A stretch of 63,913 bases of DNA, the filler included, from Deltaproteobacteria bacterium (GTDB taxonomy: Bacteria > JAUYMQ01): NCBI GenBank assembly GCA_030698575.1. It is 10 parts of 10 records of this genome, joined end to end, with 100 filler letters (N's around TTAATTAATTAA, not from the genome) between each part and the next. Parts side by side here need not be neighbours in the genome. Positions count along the whole stretch, not along the records: positions 39,749 to 54,101 come from JAUYMQ010000276.1; positions 54,202 to 60,572 come from JAUYMQ010000279.1; 8 more parts are not named here. One strand, 5' to 3'. A model generated the notes under the pieces. The model saw only the letters and a program-made list of their open reading frames with translations, was not told where the DNA came from and ran no database searches. Both the position numbers and the translations under genes were made by a program. Below are positions 49,642 to 60,672 of this stretch, piece after piece. Each line of letters starts with the position of its first letter. Positions within the stretch are counted from its first letter, which is position 1.

Positions 49642-49692
49642 CGGTCGGATCAGGGTCGGATAGAGGCTGGCTGGGGCCCTAGAGGCGGCCTC

Positions 49693-50646
49693 CTAGTAGA
49701 CCGGCTTGGAATCGAAATGGTGGGTAGCCTCGATGTAGCGGACGGTCCCGCTCTTCGAGCGCATGACGACGCTGTGGGTATGCGCCCCTCCCCTGAAGAA
49801 GCGGACGCCCTGCAGGAAATCACCGCTGGTCACGCCCGTCGCCGCGAACATGACATCTCCGCCTGCGAGGTCGGTGATGGTGTAGGCCCGATTGAAATCG
49901 TCCACGCCCATCCGCTTGGCGCGCTCGCGCTCCTCATCGTTCCTGAACTTGAGGACGCCCTGCATGTCTCCGCCGACGCATCTCAGCGCGGCGGCCGCAA
50001 TGACGCCCTCCGGGGCGCCGCCGATGCCCAGGAGGATATCGATGCCGGTATCTTCACGGCAGGTGGCGATCGCGGCCGACACGTCGCCGTCCCGTATGAG
50101 CTTGATCCTCGCGCCGGTCGCCCGGACTTCCTTGATCAACTCGGAGTGGCGCGGACGATCGAGGATGACGGCGGTCACCTCGTCGGGCCGGCGTCCGATG
50201 CACTCGGCAACCGCCCTGATGTTTTCCGAAGCCGACTTCCGGATGTCGATGCATCCGGCCGCGGCGGGACCGACGGCGATCTTGTCCATGTAGGTGTCGG
50301 GCGCGTGAAGGAACTGCCCCTCGTTCGCCACGGCAATCACGCTGAGAGCGTTGGAGCCGCCGATTGCAGTGATCGTCGTCCCCTCGAGCGGATCAAGAGC
50401 GATGTCCACCTTCGGCTCCTCGCCGCTTCCGACTTTCTCGCCGATGTAGAGCATGGGGGCTTCGTCACGCTCTCCTTCGCCTATCACGACGGTGCCTGCC
50501 ATATGGATGGAATTGAGCGTGCGGCGCATCCCGTCCACCGCCGCCTGATCCGCTGCCTTCTCGTCTCCACGCCCCATGAGGAGCGCGCTAGCGAGCGCCG
50601 CGGCCTCAGTGACGCGAATGAACTCCAGCGCAAGGTTCCGATCCAT
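49693..50646 (-). CDS. glpX: Class II fructose-1,6-bisphosphatase
   Basis: VVIGEGERDEAPMLYIGE, DPLEGT and GGAPEGV motifs. Confidence 0.96.
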   Translation of the reverse strand: MDRNLALEFIRVTEAAALASALLMGRGDEKAADQAAVDGMRRTLNSIHMAGTVVIGEGERDEAPMLYIGEKVGSGEEPKVDIALDPLEGTTITAIGGSNALSVIAVANEGQFLHAPDTYMDKIAVGPAAAGCIDIRKSASENIRAVAECIGRRPDEVTAVILDRPRHSELIKEVRATGARIKLIRDGDVSAAIATCREDTGIDILLGIGGAPEGVIAAAALRCVGGDMQGVLKFRNDEERERAKRMGVDDFNRAYTITDLAGGDVMFAATGVTSGDFLQGVRFFRGGAHTHSVVMRSKSGTVRYIEATHHFDSKPVY

Positions 50647-50702
50647 GCCAAGTCTCCTCGGTTTTGTACTTAGGTGATTTCGCTCAAGCGGAAGGCGCGG
50701 CC

Positions 50703-51911
50703 CTAGATATCCCCCGAAAGAAAACGCTCCATGATCGTCCATCCCCGGTCGACGGTCAAATCCGATTTCGCCGCCTCCGCCTCGGTGAAGGCCCGCGCAC
50801 CGCTGGGCGGCCGTCCGGGAGGCGCGGGCCAGACGGCGAAGGGGACCGGCTCGGGGGTGTGCGTCTTGATCGCGCAGGGTGTCGGATGGTCGCTGATAAC
50901 GAGAAGCCTGTGATCGCCGACACCAGGCAGGCCGTCCAGAAGCGGCCGGAGCACACGGGAATCGATGTCCTCGATGGCCTGGACCTTCGATTTGAAATCA
51001 CCCTGATGCGCCGACTCGTCGGTGGCCTCAATGTGAATGAAGACGAGATCGAGCTGGCGGAGCGCATCAATCGCGTGGGAGGCCTTCCCTTCGTAGTTGG
51101 TGTCGGTCCAGCCGGTGATCCCCGGAACGTGAATGATCTCCATTCCGGCCAGACGGGCGATTCCACGGATGATGTCCACCGCGCTGATGGCTCCGCCCCG
51201 CAGGCCGCGGAGTTTCTCGAAGGGCTCCAGAACCGTTGCCCGCCCCTGCCCCCAGAGCCAGATGCTCGAGGCTGAACGTTCGCCCCGGGCCGCGCGGGCC
51301 CGGTTCACGGGGTCCGCGGCCAGGATCTCCCTGGACCGCGCCATCAGTTCCCGCAATGGCTCTGCTCCGTCGCCGGCGGGCAGATGGGGAGTGACCGGAC
51401 GGTCGCTGATGTCGTGCGGCGGCGTGGTGGTCATCTTTTCGACCCCGCCGTGCCACACAAGAAGGTGCCGGTAGGATACTCCGGGATGGAACGAGAACTC
51501 CCCCCCGCCGAGCGCCTCATCGAGGCGCCTGATGATCTCGTGGGACTCCTCGTTGGGGATGTGACCGCAGGCGAAGTCCTCCATAACGGAGTCCGGGCCT
51601 TCCTCGCGCAGCGTTACCAGATTGCAGCGAAAAGCCACGTCCTCAGGTCCCAGTGAGACCCCCATCGCGGCGGCCTCGAGCGGGGAACGGCCGGTGAAGT
51701 AGCGCGCCGGCTCGTAGCCGAAGATCGAAAGGTTTCCGATGTCGCTCCCGGGCGGAAATCCCTCGGGGATGACACGGCAGAGGCCGAAGCGGCCCTCGCG
51801 CGCGATCCTGTCGAGCAGCGGCGTCCGCGCCGCCTGGAGGGGCGTTCTATCACCAAGTTCCTTTATGGGCCGGTCGGGCATCCCGTCGCACTGGAGGATC
51901 ACGTACTTCAT
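50703..51911 (-). CDS. ApgM-family cofactor-independent phosphoglycerate mutase-like protein / proposed homoserine kinase
   Basis: DGMPD, PGSD, GRSPLEA, DESAH and SDHPTP motifs. Confidence 0.88.
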   Translation of the reverse strand: MKYVILQCDGMPDRPIKELGDRTPLQAARTPLLDRIAREGRFGLCRVIPEGFPPGSDIGNLSIFGYEPARYFTGRSPLEAAAMGVSLGPEDVAFRCNLVTLREEGPDSVMEDFACGHIPNEESHEIIRRLDEALGGGEFSFHPGVSYRHLLVWHGGVEKMTTTPPHDISDRPVTPHLPAGDGAEPLRELMARSREILAADPVNRARAARGERSASSIWLWGQGRATVLEPFEKLRGLRGGAISAVDIIRGIARLAGMEIIHVPGITGWTDTNYEGKASHAIDALRQLDLVFIHIEATDESAHQGDFKSKVQAIEDIDSRVLRPLLDGLPGVGDHRLLVISDHPTPCAIKTHTPEPVPFAVWPAPPGRPPSGARAFTEAEAAKSDLTVDRGWTIMERFLSGDI

Positions 51912-51957
51912 TGGCACTCCCGGATCGAATGTGGGTCCGTTTGCGCGCCCCGCCGCA

Positions 51958-52065
51958 TGTCATTGCGAGGAGCGGAGCGACGAAGCAATCCCCCCAGCAG
52001 ACGCCACCCGTGCCTAGTTCGCAGGGGATTGCTTCGTCGGCGCCTGCGGCCCCTCCTCGCAATGA
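51958..52065. repeat. Complete nested palindromic element TGTCATTGCGAGGAG...GAAGCAATCC...GGATTGCTTC...CTCCTCGCAATGA
   Basis: Directly visible nested inverted repeats. Confidence 0.85.
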
Positions 52066-52074
52066 AATGCGCCC

Positions 52075-53385
52075 TCAGGCGAGATCGGGTTCGACGCGAA
52101 CCATCTGGGTCGGGGCCTGGACTGTATCCGAGCCGTCTATGCCAGCGAGCGCGTCGCGCAGATTCTTCTCGCGCGCGGCATGGGTCATGATAACGATTGG
52201 GACGTTCCGTGCGTGCTCGCGCCTCTTCTGGATGACGCTCGAGATCGAGATGTCGTGATCCCCCAGGATCCCCGAGATCCGCGACAGGATTCCAGGCCGG
52301 TCGGGAACGGTGAAGCGCAGGTAGTAGTGACACACGATTTCGTTCATCGGTTTGAGCTGCCCTCTTGCGAGAAAGCTGTTGTGAACCGAGAGGCCGCTCC
52401 CGCGGCGGGGTGCCTTGCGCAGGAGGCCGCGCGCGATGTCCATCGCGTCGCTCACAACGGCGGTCGCGGTGGGCATTTCACCGGCGCCGAGCCCGTAGAG
52501 CATGGTCGATCCCACGGCCGCGCCGTGCACATAGATGGCGTTGTAGGCGCCGTCGACGGTGGCCAGCAGATGCGACGAGGGGATCATCGTCGGATGCACG
52601 CGTGCCTCGATCACACCGTCTTTCGCGCGGGCGATCGCAAGCAGCTTGATGGTAAAACCGAACTCGCGGGAAAATTCGATGTCCGCCGGCGTGATCTTCT
52701 CGATCCCCTCGCGGTAAATGTGATCGAGATCGAGATAGTAGCCGAAAGCCAGGGCGCTCAGAATGCAGAGCTTGTGCGCCGCGTCGGTGCCGTCGACGTC
52801 GAAGGCCGGGTCGGCCTCCGCCAGCCCCTTCTCTTGCGCCTTCCTGAGGACGGCATCGAAGGGGCGCCCCTCGGCGGTCATCTTCGAGAGCACGTAATTG
52901 GAAGTCCCGTTGATGATGCCGTGGATGCTCTCGATCCGATCAGAGGCGAAGCCTTCCTGGATGGCCCGGATGATGGGGATTCCGCCACCCACGCTCCCCT
53001 CGAAGCGCACCTCGACCCCGCGCTTCTCCGCCGCATCGAAGATCTCCTTGCCGTGGACGGCGAGAAGCGCCTTGTTGGCGGTGACGACGTGCCTGCCCCC
53101 TTCAATCGCGCCGAGGACGATTTCGCGGGCCACCGTGGTTCCGCCAACCAGTTCGACGACGATTTGAATCTCATCGTCCTCGAGGAGACCGCGGTAGTCC
53201 GCGACGAGAACGCCGGCCTCGAGCGCAACGCCCCGATCGCGGGCGGTGTCAACGTCCGCGACGTGCCGGAGGACCAGGGGCGCACCGGTCCGGTCGCCGA
53301 TGAGCGATGCGTTCTCCTGGAGGAGCCTGACCACGCCTCTTCCGATGGTCCCGAAGCCCACCAGACCGATGCCGACGGCCTTCAT
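52075..53385 (-). CDS. hom: Homoserine dehydrogenase with ACT domain
   Basis: GFGTIG, VVTANK, GIINGT, EADP and DRPGIL motifs. Confidence 0.95.
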   Translation of the reverse strand: MKAVGIGLVGFGTIGRGVVRLLQENASLIGDRTGAPLVLRHVADVDTARDRGVALEAGVLVADYRGLLEDDEIQIVVELVGGTTVAREIVLGAIEGGRHVVTANKALLAVHGKEIFDAAEKRGVEVRFEGSVGGGIPIIRAIQEGFASDRIESIHGIINGTSNYVLSKMTAEGRPFDAVLRKAQEKGLAEADPAFDVDGTDAAHKLCILSALAFGYYLDLDHIYREGIEKITPADIEFSREFGFTIKLLAIARAKDGVIEARVHPTMIPSSHLLATVDGAYNAIYVHGAAVGSTMLYGLGAGEMPTATAVVSDAMDIARGLLRKAPRRGSGLSVHNSFLARGQLKPMNEIVCHYYLRFTVPDRPGILSRISGILGDHDISISSVIQKRREHARNVPIVIMTHAAREKNLRDALAGIDGSDTVQAPTQMVRVEPDLA

Positions 53386-54101
53386 TCCCCCGCCCCTTCC
53401 CGGAGCATCCGCCGGATACCGCGGACCGCCTGCCGGATTCTCTCTTCGTTCTCGATGAGGGCGAAGCGGACGGCATTGTCCCCATGCGGGCCGAAACCGA
53501 TGCCCGGGGAGACCGCCACTTTCGCCTGCTTCATGAGCCGCATGGAGAACTCCAGGGAGCCCAGGCTCCGGTACTCCTCCGGCACCGGCGCCCAGACGAA
53601 CATGGTCGCCCGGGGTTTCTCGATCTTCCACCCGGCCTTGTCGAGTCCGTCGACCAGCGTGTCACGCCGTTCACGGTAGAGCTGCTGGGTCTCCCCCACG
53701 CAATCTTGCGGACCGTTCAGCGCGATGATCGAGGCTATCTGGATTGGCTGGAAGATCCCGTAGTCGAAGTAGCTCTTCAGCCTCGAGAGCGCCGCTATCA
53801 TGCGCCGGTTGCCCACGCAGAAGCCCACCCGCCATCCCGGCATGTTGTAACTCTTCGAGAGGCTGGTGAACTCGACGGCGACGTCGCTCGCTCCGGGAAC
53901 CTGAAGGATGCTGGGCGCCTGGTAGCCGTCGAACACGAGATCGGAGTAGGCGAAATCGTGAATGACCAGGAGATCGTTCTCGCGGGCAAACGCGATGACG
54001 CGCTCGAAGAAAGACAGCTCCACGGTCGCCGTCGTGGGGTTGTGCGGGAACGAGAGTATCAGGAACTTCGGCCGCGGGAACGCGCTGGCGTGGACCGAGC
54101 G
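53382..54101 (-). CDS. alaC: Class I/II aminotransferase, AlaC-like (5' partial)
   Basis: [21 protein letters not shown] and SYFDYG motifs. Confidence 0.8.
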   Translation of the reverse strand, partial: RSVHASAFPRPKFLILSFPHNPTTATVELSFFERVIAFARENDLLVIHDFAYSDLVFDGYQAPSILQVPGASDVAVEFTSLSKSYNMPGWRVGFCVGNRRMIAALSRLKSYFDYGIFQPIQIASIIALNGPQDCVGETQQLYRERRDTLVDGLDKAGWKIEKPRATMFVWAPVPEEYRSLGSLEFSMRLMKQAKVAVSPGIGFGPHGDNAVRFALIENEERIRQAVRGIRRMLREGAGE

Positions 54102-54201
54102 NNNNNNNNNNNNNNNNNNNNNNNNNNNNNNNNNNNNNNNNNNNNTTAATTAATTAANNNNNNNNNNNNNNNNNNNNNNNNNNNNNNNNNNNNNNNNNNN
54201 N

Positions 54202-55073
54202 CGAAGCCAGGCCGAGAGGCTGATATGCCAGCGCCGCCAGAATTCGGTGGGGTTGAGGGCGAAGTAAGGGAGGTGGAAATTGGCGAAAAGGTTGAAGCCG
54301 AGAATTCTCCCGAGGCCCCGGGCAATGTCGGTGTAGCCCGAGAAATCGCAATAGATCTGAAAAGCGAAGGCGTAGACCGCCATCAGTGCGCTGAGCCCGT
54401 CGAGCGGATCCGGCCCTTCGAAGACGCTCGTGACGATCTCGGCGAGATTGTCGGCAATGTACATCTTCTTGAAGAGGCCCCAGGAGATGAGCAGCGCCCC
54501 GTCGCTGAGCCCCTCCCGCGTGACCTGCCGGGGCACGCGCACCTGCGGAAGCATGTGCCAGGCCCGCTCGATGGGCCCGGCAACAAGTTGCGGGAAGAAG
54601 GCTGTGTAGATTCCATACTCGAGAAGATTCCCGGTCGCCGCCTGCCGGCCCCGGTAGACGTCGATCACGTAACCGAGTGACTGAAAGGTGTAGAAGCTGA
54701 TGCCCACGGGCAGGATGATCTGCAGCAGACCCGGCTCCAGATGGAGCCCGGCCCGCGCGCCCAGGTCGATCAGACTTTCTGCGAAGAAGTTGTAGTACTT
54801 GAAGAATCCAAGGATTGAGAGATCGGTGATGATCGTGACGAACAGCCAGCGTTTTTTACCGGCCTGCACCGAGTTTGCATCGATCCGCAGCGCCACGAAC
54901 CAGTCGACGGTCGTCGTGAGCATGAGGAGCCCCACGAACCGCCAGTCCCAGGCGCCGTAGAAAACGTAGCTCCCGAGAAGCAGGAGCCAGTTCTGGCGCA
55001 CGCGGTCGAGACGCACGTAGAGCGCAAGAAAGATTGCGAAGAAGACCCAGAAAGGGAGCGAGTTGAACAGCAA
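54202..55073 (-). CDS. MBOAT O-acyltransferase, AlgI/DltB-like (partial)
   Basis: MLFNS, LPVGISFYTFQ, DFSGYTD and FWRRWHISLS motifs. Confidence 0.93.
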
Positions 55074-55119
55074 TCAGGAGGCTCCGAGGCAGGTCCCTTC
55101 CAACGGGGGCTGCTCATTC

Positions 55120-56391
55120 CTAGACGAACGGCCGCCCTTCACGGGCATAGGCCGCCGCAGAGTGAAACAGATTGATTGCCATCAGGCTCGTCTCTCCGTC
55201 CGCCCTTCTCTCGTAGATCGCGGCAACTCCGGATTGCACCTCTTTGTCTTCCTGGCTCGCCTCCAGAGCGTAGTCCGCGAGGTGGCAGGCGAGGCGGGTG
55301 TCGCCGGCCTCCGCGAGCGCGGTCGCGCGCGCCAGCAGGGCACGCGCTCCCCCGGCGAGCGCGGCAACTTCAAGGGCAACCGCCGCCCGTGCGGCGGGCT
55401 TCAGTTCGCTCGGCCGTCCCGTATACCAGCCGCCGTAGTGGCGAATCACGTTCCGCACGATGAACTCCGCCTCGTCATAAACTGGTTGCAGCCAGGGCGA
55501 GTCGCTTCGAGGCTGGCACACGCGCGCAACAATGTCCACGTGGGGCGGTGAGCCGTCGTTGAGGGCCTTGAGGGTTTGCTCCACGATCGATTCGAGGTAG
55601 GCGGCTGTCTCGAGAAGCATCCGCTGGATCTTCTCCGGCTCGTTCACCATCGGGCCGCCGTGGCCCGGACAGAGGCTGCGCGGCTGGCAGGCAGCCATCT
55701 CCCTGAGGCCCCGGGCCCAATCCCACGGGTAGCGCTGCGCCTTCTGCGGGTTTCCGGCGTTGGGCACGCTCCAGATGAACAGATCACCCGAGCAGAGCAC
55801 GCCGCGCTCGGGACAGTACACCCAGGTGTGGTCGTCGGTCTCTCCACGGCAGTGATGAAGCTCGAAGGTGATGCCGCCAACCCGGAGCGCGTGACGATCC
55901 TCGTAGAACGTATCCGGGAGGATCGCCGGCGCGTGGAAGAGATCGTAGGCGTCCCCCTCTTCCGCCATCTTCGCCGTGCCTCCGAATTGCCGCGCATTCA
56001 GGATGCTGTTGTGCCGTGAGGTTTCCTCGTAGCGAGCGAAGCGGGCGGGCATGGCGGCGTGCCCGATGACCCGGGGGGGCGGCTGACCTTCCTTAAGGAA
56101 GTGGGACAGTCCGTAGGCATGATCGACGTGGCCGTGCGTGAAGATCGCCGTGTGAACCGGCGCGGCGGTGCGCTGGCGGAGCATTTCCGCCATGCCTTTC
56201 CCGAAAACGACCTGGCCGCTGTCGACCAGCACCAGCCCCTCGTCGGTTTCGAGGGCCGTGCTGCCGCTGAAAACGCACTGAAACCACGTGCGCTCGGCCA
56301 CCTCGATCGGCCCGCCCCGCCAGAAAAACTGCGCTTCCTCGGGGCTCTGTCCCTCGCTCCCCTGGAAACGGTCCATCGGGTTCTTCGCCAC
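55120..56391 (-). CDS. Metallo-beta-lactamase-fold alkyl sulfatase-like protein
   Basis: THGHVDH, GETDDH, PNAGNP and PGHG motifs; SD AGGAGG. Confidence 0.85.
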   Translation of the reverse strand: MAKNPMDRFQGSEGQSPEEAQFFWRGGPIEVAERTWFQCVFSGSTALETDEGLVLVDSGQVVFGKGMAEMLRQRTAAPVHTAIFTHGHVDHAYGLSHFLKEGQPPPRVIGHAAMPARFARYEETSRHNSILNARQFGGTAKMAEEGDAYDLFHAPAILPDTFYEDRHALRVGGITFELHHCRGETDDHTWVYCPERGVLCSGDLFIWSVPNAGNPQKAQRYPWDWARGLREMAACQPRSLCPGHGGPMVNEPEKIQRMLLETAAYLESIVEQTLKALNDGSPPHVDIVARVCQPRSDSPWLQPVYDEAEFIVRNVIRHYGGWYTGRPSELKPAARAAVALEVAALAGGARALLARATALAEAGDTRLACHLADYALEASQEDKEVQSGVAAIYERRADGETSLMAINLFHSAAAYAREGRPFV

Positions 56392-56532
56392 CTGGCCCCT
56401 CCTTTCTGCAGTCTGGCCTGTCTCCCGCCCTGTCGCCTGGCGGCCAGGGTCCGACGCACTGCCGCTTGAAAGCTGCGCCGCCCGGCAGAGGCGGCGCAGC
56501 GGGTGCCCAAGATTTCGCCCCATCGGGCGCGA

Positions 56533-58881
56533 TCAGGGAATCCAGGACCAGACTTCAACGGTGAAGAAACGGACGATCCCGTGGGTCATGACGAGGCCGA
56601 AGGGCTCGTACTTCGTGAAGACCTTGCCGTATCCCGTCATCTCGGATTTGAGCAGCCCGTCCTCGTTCGCCAGATTGACCAGCACCCGCACGACGCGCCC
56701 CTCGTCCGACGTGGCGGCGCGGCTGATGGCGTCTTCCCGCTCGGTGCGCAGATACTCGACCGTTCCTTCCTTCTCCTTGTCGGTAACGACGGGCGCGACG
56801 GCCTTCACCTGCCCCTCGAAGGTCTTGTCCGGGTAAGACCACGTTTTCACCTTCACGCGGGCGCCGGGCTTGATGTCGCCGACGTTCTTCTCGGGGACCT
56901 CCACCTCGGCCAGGAGCGTCCGGTCGTCCTGGACGCTCGCGATGGAATCGCCCACGATGACCTCCATTCCCACGCGCATGTCCAGCCGCGGGCTCTTCAC
57001 GATGCGCCCGGCGATCGGACTCCTGATCTCGCTCAACGCCAGATCCTCACGGAGGTACTTCAACTGGGCTTCGAGCCGTTCCACTTCGGCTTCCTGGGTT
57101 TCGACGGCTTCCGTGCGCGCGCCGCTCATCACGACATTAAGATTCTCGCGCGACGTGTCGTAGACTCCCTTGCTCAGATCTCGCCGTTGCAAAGCCTGCT
57201 CGTAGAGCCCCTCCGACACGACCTTCTCCTCATGAAGCGTGGCAAGGCGCTCCGCATCGCGGGTGGAGTAGTAGAGGTCCTGCTTCGCCGTCGCCATCGA
57301 TTCGCGTGCCTTGGCGACCTCCTCCGGCTTGCTCCCGGCTTTCGCCAGGGCCAGCTGCGCCTCCGTCCGCCGAAGCTCCGCCTCCGTCACTTCCAGATCC
57401 TTTCGGGTCCGGCGGGAATCGAGCCGCATGATGATTTCGCCTTTTTCGACCCAGTCACCCTCCTTGACCATGACCTCTTCGATCTTCCCCTGGACCTGTG
57501 TCCTGATCCCCATCTGTTTCTCGGGAAGGATCCGGAGCGCCCCGCCCGGCTCGTAAGGATAGGGAAGGAACATCACGAGAACGAGGAGCACGATGAGCCC
57601 GATGCGGAGAGTCCAGGCGATGGTCGACCTTCCGTTGTTCTTCGCAAGCCAGGCATAGAACGGTTCGAAGCGCATTAATTCCTTTCTGAACGTGAACTCC
57701 AGCGAAAATGCCGCGATCACAAGGAGCAGGGCGGCTCCCGTCACGTCGATGTGGCCGACGACGAGCCGCAGAATCTTATAGCCGAGAAAACCGAGAACCA
57801 GCCCGTAGAACAGGAACGCGGCGAGGCCGTAGGCGCGGAAGCCCCATTTTTGCTTCCGCGTCAGGGGTTCGGTCGAGGGGGTCCTGAAGATCCACGACCA
57901 GGTGGCGTTCAGGGAACGGCTTCGAAGCTCGGGCACCTCGAGCCACTGCGAGAGCATCCAGTAGGCGTTTCGCGGCCCCAGCGGGTTCCAGGGAAGGAAA
58001 AGGATGAGAACAGCCGAGACGATCAACAGCAAATCGTGAAGGCCGGTCTGCGACGAGGCGCCGTACCAGGCGATGAAAGCCAGCGATGCTAGCAGAACCT
58101 GCGCCACGAAGCCGGCATAGATCATCCGGTAGCGATCCCGAGGCGTGCGCATGACGGCGGCGTCGGTCAGGTCGCACTGAAAGATGGGGAAGAAGTACCA
58201 TTGCAACCTGAGTCCGAACCAGCGGATTCGCCCTCCTCTGTACTTGCAGGCCACGGCGGCCCAGAACCTCTGGAAGAAATTCATGAAGAGGAACGCGCCG
58301 AGGCCCATCAGCAGGGGGACGTTGTCGCGAAGATGGAAGTGCAGTTCCGTGAAATAACTTCGCCAGTGCTTGGCCATGAGTATGGCCGCCAGCAGGACTG
58401 TCGCGCTCGCGACGAAGGCGAAAGCGGGGGTGAAGCACCAGCTCAACCGTTCCGTGATCGCGCCGAAGAAGCGATCCACGTCGAACCGGGCCGGCGGGCA
58501 AATGGTGTAGCCAGCCGGAGGGGCGATCTTTTCCGGAACGATCGTGATCCCGTCCGGAACCAGGAGGCCGCGCGTTCTGATCCAGCGCAAGAAGGCTTCG
58601 AGGTCTTCGGGATCCAGCGTGCGATCGAATCGCTCCCGGAATCGTGCACGCACTTCCGTCGGCGCCGTGTGGCCGTCGAGCTGGCCGAAGATGAAAAACT
58701 CGCGCTCACCCAGTTCCAGCGATGCGCCGGTTCTCGGGTCGGACACAAGGAACGCGCCCTCCGCGGCGCGCGGAAGGATTTCGAGATCCTTTCGAAACTC
58801 CGGATGAGGCGGAATTCCGGGGGGCACGGCCGCAAGCGCCGGTTCGGAGCCGTTCGATCGTCCCTGGGGGGGTGATGCCAT
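56533..58881 (-). CDS. PqqD/RRE-like, M50-like membrane domain and HlyD adaptor fusion
   Basis: DPRTG...LDG; ACKYRGG...AG...NPL; VKEGDWVEKG...IRSPIAG; MTGYGK. Confidence 0.8.
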   Translation of the reverse strand: MASPPQGRSNGSEPALAAVPPGIPPHPEFRKDLEILPRAAEGAFLVSDPRTGASLELGEREFFIFGQLDGHTAPTEVRARFRERFDRTLDPEDLEAFLRWIRTRGLLVPDGITIVPEKIAPPAGYTICPPARFDVDRFFGAITERLSWCFTPAFAFVASATVLLAAILMAKHWRSYFTELHFHLRDNVPLLMGLGAFLFMNFFQRFWAAVACKYRGGRIRWFGLRLQWYFFPIFQCDLTDAAVMRTPRDRYRMIYAGFVAQVLLASLAFIAWYGASSQTGLHDLLLIVSAVLILFLPWNPLGPRNAYWMLSQWLEVPELRSRSLNATWSWIFRTPSTEPLTRKQKWGFRAYGLAAFLFYGLVLGFLGYKILRLVVGHIDVTGAALLLVIAAFSLEFTFRKELMRFEPFYAWLAKNNGRSTIAWTLRIGLIVLLVLVMFLPYPYEPGGALRILPEKQMGIRTQVQGKIEEVMVKEGDWVEKGEIIMRLDSRRTRKDLEVTEAELRRTEAQLALAKAGSKPEEVAKARESMATAKQDLYYSTRDAERLATLHEEKVVSEGLYEQALQRRDLSKGVYDTSRENLNVVMSGARTEAVETQEAEVERLEAQLKYLREDLALSEIRSPIAGRIVKSPRLDMRVGMEVIVGDSIASVQDDRTLLAEVEVPEKNVGDIKPGARVKVKTWSYPDKTFEGQVKAVAPVVTDKEKEGTVEYLRTEREDAISRAATSDEGRVVRVLVNLANEDGLLKSEMTGYGKVFTKYEPFGLVMTHGIVRFFTVEVWSWIP

Positions 58882-59656
58882 GGTGCCGAAACCTTTCCTC
58901 GGGACTCGCACGCCCGGTTGAAACCCGTGACGCGGTAGTCATGCGAAAATTATGCCGGATCCTCCCCCCTCCTGGCAAAGGGTCAGCCGGCTCTCGAAAT
59001 GAGCGCGCGACGCCTCGCCCGAAGGACGCGCAATAAAGCGGCGATGCCCATGATTTCGGCAGCGCATTCCAAATCACCTCTCGATCTCCGTCGCAGTCCC
59101 TGCACATCCAGCAGAAATTTCCGTTCATTGACAGCTAGTTCCAACCAATCCGGGTGGTCCCTGACCGCCTCATTCAAAGAACATTTTTCCCCTTATTGTG
59201 AAATCTTTTTCCACATCCTCGGACGTAGTGCGCGCACCACACTGTTTGGCGTCCCTCCATCCCTTTCAATCCCCGCCCGTTTTAGGTTTCGATAATAATA
59301 CGGGCCGGTGGCCCACTTTTTGCATACTGGGGGTGGCAAGAACGGCTTCCGGCAGGCGGTTCGCTGGTCGTTCAGCGGATCGCTCCGTAGAAGTATGTCT
59401 TGGCTTGACCTGAAACTATCCGACCAGCGTAGGGCGGATAGTGCGGAGGGCTTCAGATCTCGTGCGCCTGGCGGCCGGAGGGGCCGGGGGGCAGGGTGTC
59501 TTGATAGGGTCCCCTTCTGTTAGTACGGCGCAGTCGCCGAGACCTCGGTACTTGCACGCAACAGAGTCCGATGCTGCTCGACCCCGGGCGATCGATCGTC
59601 GCTCCCGGTGGTTGGCGGCAGCATAACGCTCGTTCACCAATCACCCTGGAAATTTC

Positions 59657-60572
59657 ATGGCCTTGCCCCCGCCTGAGATTGTCCTGACGCTGCCCGGATT
59701 CCCGGACCCCGTCGTCGCCATCGCTGCGTGCCGGGCCGGGGCGCTCGGTGTCCTGGATCTCGAGTACGAGCGGTCGACGGCGCGAGCCGCCGATGCGCTC
59801 CGGAAGCTCCAGCAACACGCCCGGGCGGGCTTTGGGGTCAAGCTCGACCCATCCGCAGAAGCCTTCACTCGGGCCATCATCTCCGCGCTCCCTCACGAGA
59901 CGCAGTTCGCAATCCTCACGGGGAACGATCCCGCCGCCATCGCCTCCACCGCCCGCTACCTCGCCGATCGAGGCGTCGCCTTTCTACTCGAGGCCCTCAG
60001 CGAAGACGATGCCGGACTCGCGCGTGAGCTGGGCGCCGCGGGCGTCATCGCCAAAGGGCTCGAAGCCGGGGGCCGGACCGGATCGGACACGACCTTCATC
60101 CTGATACAGCGCATCCTTGCATCAATGGAGAAAACCCGGGAGAAAACCCGCCCGCTACCGGTTTGGGCGCAGGGGGGCATCGGTTCACACACAGCGGCGG
60201 CGTGCATCCAGGCAGGGGCCGCCGGCGTCGTGCTCGACTGGCAGCTGGCGCTGACGCGTGAAGCCTCGGCGTCCAGGGCCCTCCCTGAAAAGCTTCGCGA
60301 TCGCATTCGCGCGATGGACGGAAGCGAGACGGCCTGCCTTGGAGAAACGCTGGGGGCGTCCACGCGCCTCTTTCTGCGGCCGGGCGTCGCCGCAGCGGAC
60401 AAGCTTGCGCGAGTCGAGGCCGATCTTATTGCAGCCGGGCCCGGACCTGATGCAGCGAAGACCTTCCGGGAGGCGGTGCTCGCCGCCGCCGGAGCGGAAG
60501 ACCCTGAAAAACGAGCCGGGTTGACGGGACAGGATGCCGCCTTCGCGGCGAGGCTCGCGGCGCGGCACCTGA
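59657..60572 (+). CDS. N-terminal nitronate monooxygenase/FabK-like TIM-barrel, probable start of a type I PKS (partial)
   Basis: IAKGLEAGG, VWAQGGIG, GVVLDWQLAL, MDGSET and GQDAAFA motifs. Confidence 0.65.
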
Positions 60573-60672
60573 NNNNNNNNNNNNNNNNNNNNNNNNNNNN
60601 NNNNNNNNNNNNNNNNTTAATTAATTAANNNNNNNNNNNNNNNNNNNNNNNNNNNNNNNNNNNNNNNNNNNN

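Noticed and set aside
58882-59656. Short ORFs as RiPP precursors for the RRE protein
   Set aside because: No leader/core pattern or codon bias, and no modifying enzymes nearby
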